From: a virus
Taxonomy: Duplodnaviria; Caudoviricetes
DNA: 38,140 nt
Reading direction: 5' to 3' (one strand)
Virus record (IMG/VR): IMGVR_UViG_3300037308_000199
Location: 1 to 38,140 of that record
The notes below the pieces were generated by a model. That model was not told where the DNA came from, searched no databases, and saw only the letters and a list, made by a program, of their open reading frames with translations. The translations under genes were made by a program, and so were the position numbers. Positions 17,542 to 27,000 of the stretch are shown one piece after another. Each line of letters starts with the position of its first letter. The first letter of the stretch is position 1.

Positions 17542-19771
17542 CACGACGACGACCCCCTGGAGCGGCGTTCAGCCGTACATGACCCAGGGGTACAAGTTCG
17601 CCAGCAACGTCCTCCAGAACCCCCCCAGCTACTACCCCGGGCAGACCTACGTCGGCCCCCTGCCGATGGAGCAGGCCGCCTTCGGCAACCAGGCGGCGTT
17701 CCTCGGTAACGCCTTTGGGATGCCGGTCAACCTCGACAGCTCGTACCCGCAGCCAAGCTACGGGCTGTCAGGCGACGCCTACTACCCGAACACGCGCGCG
17801 GCCGGCGGCAACCTGGCGAACGACCTGTGGCGGGGCGTGGCTGGCGGCATCAGCGGCGGTCCGGCGATTCAGCCGGTGCCTGGGGCAGACACGGCGGCCG
17901 GCGGCCCGATGGCGGCCACCGGCGGGCAGCTGACCGGCAAGAGCGGCGCGATGCCGGCAACGCCGGCAACCACCGGCCCCACGACCGGCGCGACCCCGGC
18001 CGTGACCCCGCAGTACGCCAGCATGGTCGGCGCGCAGCAGGCGCTGGCCGCGGGCGGCCCGAGCGCCGCGGGGGCATCGGCCCTCGGGCAGGCATTCGGG
18101 CAGAACCTGGGCGTGTTCGGCGGCCAGCAGAACCTGATCCGCGACCCTGGCGACATGACGGCCGGGATGACCGCGCCCAACCTGAACCTGAACGCCGGAC
18201 TGACCGCGCCCAGCGTCAGCTGGAACCCGATCAACCCGATGGAAGGGATGGCCCCGGCGAGCGTCGGCTTCCGCCTGCCGGACCTGATGAAGGGGGTCAA
18301 CCAGGCCAGCTCCAACTACGACGTGCCCGACCTGACCGCCGGCATCGGCCGGCTGGGCTTCGACCCGGCGGCCTACACGCCGACGATCGACCCGGAAGCG
18401 CGCGCCGCCATGTCCAGGATGATGAGCGGCCAGCCGGACTACAGCGGCCTGCAGGGGGCCGTGGATGCCGCCACCGCCCCGATGATGCGCAACTTTCAGC
18501 AGCAGGTACTGCCGGCGATCGCGCAGCAGTCGAACCTGCTGAACAACAACACCGGGGCGATCAAGGACCTGAACCGGATCATCCCGGAAATGGAACGCAA
18601 CGTGGGCGACATCGGTGCGCAGCTCGCCTGGCAGGAGCGCATGCGCGCCGACCAGTCGCAACAGCTCGGTGCGCAGCTCGCGGCCAACTCCGGGCTGCAG
18701 GCCTACGGCATGGGCCTGCAGGGGGCCGGGCAGCGATCGAGCCTGGACCAGGCGGTGCAGCAGCTGCTGGCGTCGCAGCGCTCGACCGGCGCGCAGATGG
18801 GGCTCACGCAGTCCATGAACAACGCCTCGCTGGCCGACTCGTTCGCCAGGACCGTGGCCGGCCAGAACATGGGCGGCGCGCAGATCATGTCGAACGTGGC
18901 CATGCAGAACGCGCAGCTGAAGCAGGCCTACAACCAGATGGCCGCCGACTCTGCCATGCGCATGAACCAGCTGGGCCTGGAGGGCGCGCTGGGCATGGCC
19001 GGCATCGGCATGGACTGGAACCGGCTGCTGGCCGGCCAGAACCAGGCCTCGGCTAACCTGGGCATGGACTGGAACCGGCTGATGGGCTCGCAGAACCTGG
19101 GGGCCGGCAACCTGCAGCTGGGCGTGGACCAGGCGCGGCAGGGCGCGCTCGACCAGTACCGCCAGCAGGTGCTCGGCCTCGGCGGGCTGTACGGCGACAT
19201 GGCCGGGCAGACCGCCAGCAACATGCAGGCCGGTGCCGGGCTGTTCCCGCAGACCATGAGCACCGGGCTGATGCCCAGCATGTTCCAGCAGCAGTACGCC
19301 AGCGGCTACCTGCGGCCGTTCGCGGAGCAGGCGCTGCAGGGCGACATCAGCCGCTACAACTACGGCCAGAACCTGCCGATGGAAATGGGCAACTGGTACA
19401 GCGGCATGCTGTCCGGCCTGGGCGGCTCCGGCTTCGGCACCAGCACGCAGAAGCAGGGCGGCATGGAGACGCTGGGCCAGGCCGCTGACCTGGCCTCGAC
19501 CGGCTACCTGATGTACCTGCTGGCCGCGTCAGACCGCGAGGCGAAGGAGGACATCCGGCCCGCCGGCCGCGTGCTCGACCGCCTGCGCCGCCTGCCGATC
19601 TACCGCTGGCGCTACAAGGGCGACCAGACGCAGCACCTGGGCCCGATGGCGCAGGACTTCCAGGAAGCGTTCGGGGTGGGCGACGGCAAGACTATCGCCC
19701 TGGTGGACGTGATGGGCGTACTGCTGGCGGTCATGAAGGAGCTGGCAGAACAGAAGGAGGTCACCGCATGA
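17516..19771 (+). CDS. Ejection (internal virion) protein with C-terminal peptidase S74-like domain
   Basis: 751 aa from ATG after AAGGAG; begins MSGGKGGGSTTTTPW; G/Q/A/M-rich; ends 'SD-x-x-x-KEDI......L..L..L....W-x-YK.....HLGPMAQDF'. Confidence 0.82.
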   Translation: MSGGKGGGSTTTTPWSGVQPYMTQGYKFASNVLQNPPSYYPGQTYVGPLPMEQAAFGNQAAFLGNAFGMPVNLDSSYPQPSYGLSGDAYYPNTRAAGGNLANDLWRGVAGGISGGPAIQPVPGADTAAGGPMAATGGQLTGKSGAMPATPATTGPTTGATPAVTPQYASMVGAQQALAAGGPSAAGASALGQAFGQNLGVFGGQQNLIRDPGDMTAGMTAPNLNLNAGLTAPSVSWNPINPMEGMAPASVGFRLPDLMKGVNQASSNYDVPDLTAGIGRLGFDPAAYTPTIDPEARAAMSRMMSGQPDYSGLQGAVDAATAPMMRNFQQQVLPAIAQQSNLLNNNTGAIKDLNRIIPEMERNVGDIGAQLAWQERMRADQSQQLGAQLAANSGLQAYGMGLQGAGQRSSLDQAVQQLLASQRSTGAQMGLTQSMNNASLADSFARTVAGQNMGGAQIMSNVAMQNAQLKQAYNQMAADSAMRMNQLGLEGALGMAGIGMDWNRLLAGQNQASANLGMDWNRLMGSQNLGAGNLQLGVDQARQGALDQYRQQVLGLGGLYGDMAGQTASNMQAGAGLFPQTMSTGLMPSMFQQQYASGYLRPFAEQALQGDISRYNYGQNLPMEMGNWYSGMLSGLGGSGFGTSTQKQGGMETLGQAADLASTGYLMYLLAASDREAKEDIRPAGRVLDRLRRLPIYRWRYKGDQTQHLGPMAQDFQEAFGVGDGKTIALVDVMGVLLAVMKELAEQKEVTA

Positions 19772-20166
19772 GCCTTGCAACCACGATCGGCCTGCCCGTA
19801 TTCACCCTGACCAACGGCGCGCAGGTGGGCCTGTACTTCGACACCGAAATCGACGTGCTGAACGTCCTGGTGCGCAACGGCCCGGCGGACGGCTGGACGC
19901 AGGGCCCGTCCTTCCAGTTGAGCAACAAGGGCCAGGCCATGGGCAGCGATTACATCAGCACGAGGGGCGGCGTGACCAGCTACTTCGCGGCCTTCCTCCA
20001 GGTGGTGAACGCCAAGATCAAGGAGCTTTGGCCGGCGCTGTTCCAGCAGGCCCCGACCAGCCCGCTGCCCCCGGCGCTGACCGGACTGCACCCGAACACC
20101 GAGCAGTTCATGGTCAAGGTCATGGGCCTGAAGCTGGTCAACAACCAGCTGCAGGTGACGCCGTGA
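19768..20166 (+). CDS. Hypothetical protein
   Basis: 132 aa; RBS AAGGAGG, start/stop overlaps on both sides, host-like codon usage. Confidence 0.8.
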   Translation: MSLATTIGLPVFTLTNGAQVGLYFDTEIDVLNVLVRNGPADGWTQGPSFQLSNKGQAMGSDYISTRGGVTSYFAAFLQVVNAKIKELWPALFQQAPTSPLPPALTGLHPNTEQFMVKVMGLKLVNNQLQVTP

Positions 20167-21044
20167 GCGGCGGCAAGGGCGGCGCGATGCCGTCCGGCGC
20201 GTACCAGCAGCAGGCCGGCGGCGGCGGCGTCGGCCCGGTGCTGCAGCAGGGCGCGACCGGCGTTCGCGGCCTGGGCGCGCTCAACCCCTACTACGCCCAG
20301 ATGAACCCCGACGAGCAGAAGGCCGCGCGCACGCGCGCCATGCTCGGGGCGCTGCAGGGGCTAGGCTCCGGCAAGGGCATGCAGTACGGCCTGGGCCAGC
20401 TCGACGCGGTGGTTAACGAGTCCTACCAGCGGGCCGAGCGCAGCAACACCCGGGCAATGACCGAGCGCGAGCAGACCCGGCGCGAGGCCGAGGACAAGGC
20501 CCAGGCGGAACGCTGGGAGCGCTCCGAAAAGGCCGTGGCCGAGCGCGAGGAGCGCATGGCCAAGCAGTTCCAGGAATCGCTGAAGCAGCAGCGCGAGACG
20601 GCCAAGGCCAACCAGGAGGCGGTGGAGAGGCGACTGCGGATCGAGGAAGATCAGGCGCGCGCGGCCGAGGACGCGCGGAAGCGGCAGCTGACCAAGGACC
20701 AGCGCCTGGCGGAGCTGACCCGCAAGATGGCCACGGGCGGCCTGAACCAGAACGAGCAGATCGAGTACCATTCCCTCGGCGGCTCGCCCTATGCGATTGA
20801 TTTTGCGCGCCGGGGCGCTGGCACTGGTTCCACATGGAACATGACCCAGGGTGGCGGCGAGCCCAGCCTTGATGACAAGATCAGGGCGGCCGGCTCGCGG
20901 CCCACCGCGCCCGCGCCGACCCCGCCCGGCCTCGGCGGTGCGCCGCAGGCCACAGGCGGGCTCGCCCAGGGCTTCGTCGCGCCGCAGCAGCGACCAGGAG
21001 TAGATATGCCGTTCTGGATGCGCCAGCCCGGCATCATGTACTGA
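20163..21044 (+). CDS. Ejection (internal virion) protein, coiled-coil
   Basis: 293 aa from GTG (GTGA overlap); begins MSGGKGG; Gly-rich helix followed by long R/E/Q coiled coil. Confidence 0.72.
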   Translation: MSGGKGGAMPSGAYQQQAGGGGVGPVLQQGATGVRGLGALNPYYAQMNPDEQKAARTRAMLGALQGLGSGKGMQYGLGQLDAVVNESYQRAERSNTRAMTEREQTRREAEDKAQAERWERSEKAVAEREERMAKQFQESLKQQRETAKANQEAVERRLRIEEDQARAAEDARKRQLTKDQRLAELTRKMATGGLNQNEQIEYHSLGGSPYAIDFARRGAGTGSTWNMTQGGGEPSLDDKIRAAGSRPTAPAPTPPGLGGAPQATGGLAQGFVAPQQRPGVDMPFWMRQPGIMY

Positions 21045-21053
21045 GCCGCCGCC

Positions 21054-24000
21054 GTGGCCGCCCCCAGCTTCGACGAGTACTGGCAGAGGGTCCAGGCGCA
21101 GGTGCCTGGGGCGACCCTGGAGGACGCGCGCCGCGTCTACCGGCAGGACTACGGCACCGAGCCGGTACTGACCGCCGGGCCCAGCTACTCCGAGTTCAAG
21201 AGCCGGGTGCAGGCGCAGGTGCCGGATGCGCCCGAGGCGGACATCGAGCGCGTCTACCGGCGGGACTACGGTGCGCCACTGACCACCGACATCGCCCGCG
21301 GCCTGGGGCGCGGCGGCGCGTCCACCCGCCTGGCCGCGGCGGGCGGGACCCTGATTGCATCCGACTACCTGACCCGCGCGGCCGGCGGCCTGGCCCGCCT
21401 GTTGCCTGGCCGGCTGGCCGACAGCCTCCAGGGAATCGGAATGCTTGGCTCGGCCCTCGGTGGCGGCCTGTATGAAGCCGGCCGAGAGGGCTACGAGAAG
21501 AACGCGGCGGCCGCCGACCTGAAGCAAACCTGGCTTGAGAACCCGGCGCAGCTGACCCGGCCGGATTACTGGCTGTCCTCGGCCGCTGAGGGGGCCGCCA
21601 CTACGATCCCGACCCTGGCCACGGGCGCGTTCAGTCCTGCCGTGGGAACCACGGTGGGCACGCTGATGGAAGCCCTGCCGAGTTACGCCGAGCGGCGGCT
21701 CGGGCTGGGCCAGGGTGTCATGGAAGCGTCCGGCCGTACCGCGGCCGAAGCGGCGGCCATCGCGGCGCTGAATCGGCTGGGCATCGAGGCAGTGTTCGGG
21801 AAAATCCCCGGCGTGACCGGCCGCCCCGGACGGGCGCTGGCTGCCTTTGCCGGCCAGGGCCTGACCGAGTGGCTGGAGGAAGGCGTGCAGGGCGCGGCCG
21901 GCGCAAAGAGCCTGGCCGGCATCCTGGGCGATTTCATGCGAGCCATGCGCGAGTCCGCGGCCGTGGTTCCTGGTGCGGCACTGACCGGCAGTGTGTTCGG
22001 GGCGTTCCAGGGGCAGCCCGGGGGCGGACCCTCCAGGGACGAGCAGGAGGCCCGCAGGGCGCTCCAGGGGCTCCGCCCTGCCGCGGCCCAGCCAGAGGCC
22101 GTGCCGGCCGCTGCGCCGCCCCAGGCGGGCCCACAGTACGACTACGACCTGCCCCCGCCGCGCCAGGCCCCGCCGAAGGACCTGGGCCCGCCGGTGGCGG
22201 ACAGCCTGCAGGGCGCGCCGTTCCCCGACCGGGCGATGGAAGTGGTCACCGCCCGCGGGACGCGCGTGCCGGTGGTGCCCACGCTGGTCGAGCTGGACTC
22301 CCTGCGGACCAGCTCGGACGAGGGCTACGACCCGACCCTGCAGCCGCGCGATCGCAGCGACCGGGCGGCGATGCAGCAGCAGGAGCTGGAGATTGCCGCC
22401 AACCTGGACCCCATGCGGCTGCGCCCCTCGGTGGACGCCGACCGCGGAGCCCCGATCGTGCGGGCGGACGGCCAGGTGCTGTCCGGCAACGGCCGCACCA
22501 ACGCGCTGCGCCTGGCGGTCGAGCGGTTCCCGGAGAAGTACCAGGCCTACGTGCAGGACCTGGCGGCCCAGGGCTTCCAGGTGGAGGGCATGCGCCAGCC
22601 GGTGCTGGTGATGAAGGCCGCCCCGCTGCAGGCCGATTGGGCGGCGTTCACCCGCGAGGCGAACGAGTCCGCCACCGCCCGCATGAGCCCGACCGAGGCG
22701 GCCCGCGCCGACGCTGCGCGGCTGACCGATGCCGAGCTGGGGCTGTTCCGCGGCGGCGAGTTCGGGGATGCCCAGAACCGTGACTTCGTGCGCGCCTTCC
22801 TGCGCACCGTTCCGCCCGGCGAGGTCAACGCGCTGATTGACCGGGAAGGGACCCTTTCGCCGGAGGGCGTCCGCCGGATACAGGGCGCGCTGCTGGCGAA
22901 GGCCTACGGCGACAACCAGGTGCTGGCCCGGGCGCTGGAGACGAACGACAACAACATGCGTGCCGCCTCGGGCGCGATGCTCGACGCCGCGCCCGCGTTC
23001 GCCTCGCTGCGCGCCGACGTGCAGGCCGGTAAGCTGCGGCCCGAGTTCGACATCGGGGCCAGGGTCGTCCAGGCCGTGGAGCTGGTGTCCCAGCTGCGCG
23101 CGAAGCGCCAGGGCCTGCGCGAGTTCCTGGACCAGAAGGGGCTGTTCGGGGACCTGCCGCCGGAGACCGAGGCGATCCTGCGCGGCATGCACAACACCGC
23201 CCTGACCCGGCCGGTGGGCCGCGAGCGGATGGCGGACTTCCTGCGCTTCTACGCCAAGCAGGCCGCGGCGGCCGGCCAGGCAAAGCAGCAGGACCTGCTG
23301 GGCGGCGAGGCGGCCCCGGCCACCCCGGCCGACCTGCTGCGCCAGGCCGCGGCGCTGTTCACCGCCGGCGAGGAGCCCAGCCAGGCGGCCATGTTCGCCT
23401 TCCAGGGCCAGCCCGAGCGCCGCGCGCGGCCGATGCCGGCCAGCCTGGTAGGTCGGCTGGTGAACCAGGCCGCCTCGCGCTGGACCAACGGCCCGCGCAT
23501 GGTGGTGGCGGAGCACGCCTCGGACCTGCCGGTGCACGTCCTGATGCAGCTCGGCCCGGACATCACGGCCGCCTACATCCGCGAGCGCACCGGGCCGGTG
23601 GTGTACGTGGTCGCGGACAAGATCAGCGACCGCTTCCAGCTGCAGCGCGCCCTGGCCCACGATGTCGTCGGCCACTACGGCTTCATCAACCTGATGCAGG
23701 ACCGCTGGCAGTGGACCGTCGAGCAGGTCAACCGGCTGTCCACGCGCGACCCGCTGATCCGCAACATCGCCGCCGACGTGGACGAGCTGTACCGCGGCGT
23801 GGACTCGAACACCCGCGCGGCGGAGATTGTCGCGGCGCTGGCCGAGCGCAGCCCGAAGCACCCGCTGGTGCAGCGCGTCCTGGCGCAGTTCAAGGAGGCG
23901 CTGCGCAAGCTGGGGTTCGGCCTGAACCTGAGCCGCAACGACCTGGTGTACCTGCTGAACCGCAGCGCCGAATCGCTGCGCTGGCAGGGCGTACAGCCGG

Positions 24001-27000
24001 TACAGCGCGGCCTGAACACCGCCGAGCCGGTGGGCGGGCTCAACGCTGAAGGCTCGCCCGAGGCCTACGCCATGCGCCAGGCCACCGACGCGCAGCGCCT
24101 GCCGCCTGGGCCCATGAACTTCAGCGTGGGCCGGCCGAGCTGGGAGCACAGCCGCCGCACCAAGCAGGTACAGGTGCAGGTCAACCCGGACCTTTCCGCG
24201 CTGCGCCGCATGGGCAAGGACGCGGTGCTGCGCTACATCGACGACCAGGACGGCAACCGCTTTGTATGGGCGAGCAGCGAGGCCATGCACTTTGCGATGG
24301 CGCGCGCCCTGAAGCTGGCCGGCGTGAACCTGGCCGGCGAGGTCGAGAACCCGTACAGCGTGGGCGGCGGCAGCGGCTACATGACCGTGCGGCCGGACGG
24401 CGAAATCATCGTGGACGCCTACGACGACGAGGCCGAGCGCGCCCGCAACGGCCTGGTGCGCAGCACGATGGCGAAGGCGGCGCAGCCCGAGCTGCCGATG
24501 GGCGAGGGCGCGTACTCGAAGGCGGACCTGGACGCGATGTTCCCGCCGCAGGCGCTGGCGCAGCGCGTGCCGGCGTCCGGCGTCCGCCACTACGAGCACC
24601 AGTCCTGGCTCGACTGGACGCACGCCCAGGTCGCCATCATGTCGCGCACCGCGGCGACCGGCGTGGTCGATACGTCGGTGGACCCGAGCAAGGCCGCGAG
24701 CATCCAGCAGCAGACCGCGGACGCGCGCCAGGAGCAGGTGCGCAACAACATCGGCAGCGCGGCCAGCGTGCTGGGCCGGATCAAGGGCGGCCCGCGCACG
24801 CTCGCGCAGCTGCCGCCCGAGCAGATCGTGGAAGTGTTCGACATGGTGGCCCGGCTGCTGAACCAGGGCATCGTGAAGGACCCGCGCAACATCGTCCGCC
24901 AGCACCGCGACAAGAAGGGCTTTGGCTACATCGAGCCCGAGGCGATCGAGCAGCACCGGCTGGATACCGCCAGGTGGTTCAAGGAGGCGGTGCTGGGCGG
25001 CATGCCACTGTCCGAGGTCGCGGCCCGCCTGCGCTGGCGCGGTGACCACCGCGGCCACTGGTACGCGGACGGCATGGGGCGCTGGGGCGCGCTCATGCAG
25101 ACCTGGATTGCGTGGTACGACCACGCCACCCCGGACTTCACCAGCCGCGATCAGTATTTCGACAAGATTAAGGAGCTGGGCAAGGTGCGCGAGGCGCTGG
25201 GCAACCAGGCCGCCGAGGACGCCTTCGCCAGCTGGTTCCAGGAGCATATGTACCGCGTGCAGCGGTTCGCGCCCGACTGGCTGGGCCAGCGGCACATTTA
25301 CGTGCTGCCCGAGCGCCATCCGTGGTTGAACCCGTCGTGGAAGAAGGGCACGCCGTACTTCCAGCGCGGCGCGCGCGCCAGGCTGCACACGCGGCTGTTC
25401 GATGCGTTCACCAGGGGATGGAAGCCGACCAAGAAAGGCCAGCGGCCCACCTGCTACGTGATGATGGGCGGCCCTGGGGTCGGCAAGAGCGGCTTCCTGC
25501 GCACGCTGCAGCAGACGGGCAAGATACCGCGACACCTGCCGAAGGTTGACATCGACGATGCGCGCGTTAAGACGCCAGAGTTCACCAGGCTGGCGGCGAT
25601 CGGTGACACGCGCGCGGCCATCCTCATGCAGGCGGAGGCCTCGGACACGGGCAAGGCGGCGGTAGCCTTCCTGACCGACCCGAGCCGGCGGGCGAGCTTC
25701 ATCTGGGACGGCACTTTCGGGGACGTGGAGGACGACGCCAAGAAGCTGGCCGCCCTTAAGGACCCGGCGCGCGACTACGAAGTGGTGGCCATGGTGGTAT
25801 CCTCGGACCCGCTGACGGTGGCGAAGGACATCGCATTCAGGTCCAAGCAGTCCGGCCGATTCGTCCCAGACTCGCCCACCAAGCACTTCGCGGCCGATGC
25901 CTGGGGCGGCGCGATCGCTGGCATCAGCGGCCCGTACCTGGAGTACGTGGACCGCGTGATGGTGGTTGACCGCATCGGCGGCGAGTTCACGGTGGTAGCA
26001 GAATGGGCCCGTGACGTCGGCTGGAATTACAGCGACGCGACCCGCGCCAGGACCGTCTTTGCCAGGAGATACCTCGATGCAAGAGCAGCGACCCTTCCCG
26101 AAGCTGTCCGCGGCGCAGCTGATCGAGCTGCAGAAATCTGGGGAGCTGCGGAAGGCGGCGGACCAGGTTTGGGCGGAAATGCAGTGGGAGTGGCTGGAGC
26201 AGTTCGGGGGCCGCCCGCCGCGCCAGCCGGAGGAGTACGACCTGACGAGGGAGCAGCTGGACCTGCAGGAGGAGTAGAGCCGCCCCAGGCGCTGGCTTCC
26301 CGCGAGCCGGCCCTGGTCGAGCCGGCTGGCCGGCGCGAGCTGGAGGTCGGCGGCGGCGTCTACGGCAACATCCCGCTGGGCGAGCTGAACGCAAGCGAGT
26401 TCGACACGCTGGAGCGCACGCTGGAGGCCTACGAGCCGGCGGTGGGGGCGCAGCGCCGCGGCACCGTGCCATGGGACGAGACCGAGCAGCGCGCCCTGGA
26501 GCTGATCCGGTTGCGGCTCGGCATCACGCTCGACGGCCTGGTGAACCGCAAGGCCGGCAGCGCGGCGAACGCGGAGCAGCTGCTGGCCTACGGCAGCCTG
26601 CTGGGCAACGCGGTGCGGGAAGTCGAGCGCCTGGCCGCGGACGTGCGCAACACCGGCAGCGACCAGGCCAAGGTCGCCTTCATGCAGGGCCTGGAGCGCC
26701 TGGCCATGCTGGCCGCGCCCACCTACGGCGCGATGACCGAGGCGGGGCGGGCGCTCAACATCCTGCGCAAGGTCGCGCCGCTGGCGAAGTCAGCGCGCGC
26801 CATCGTCGAGGGCATGGGCGACGGTGCGGACGCCAACCTGCTGACCCTAGCTGGCGCGATCGGCAACGCCGGCAGCCGTGACGAAGTGCTCGGCATCGGC
26901 CGCGCGCTCCACCACCCCGACTGGTGGGACAAGTTCTACGAAGGGTGGATCAACGGCCTGCTGTCCGGGCCGGTGACGCACGCGGTCAACATCGTGTCCA

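Noticed and set aside
19007-19081. 21-bp repeat GGCATGGACTGGAACCGGCTG twice
   Set aside because: In-frame GMDWNRL repeat within the repetitive ejection protein; no sign of an independent DNA role.
20361-25886. 1841-aa ORF on the minus strand
   Set aside because: Antisense shadow of G/C-ending codons of the ejection/polyvalent genes; no motifs and no RBS.
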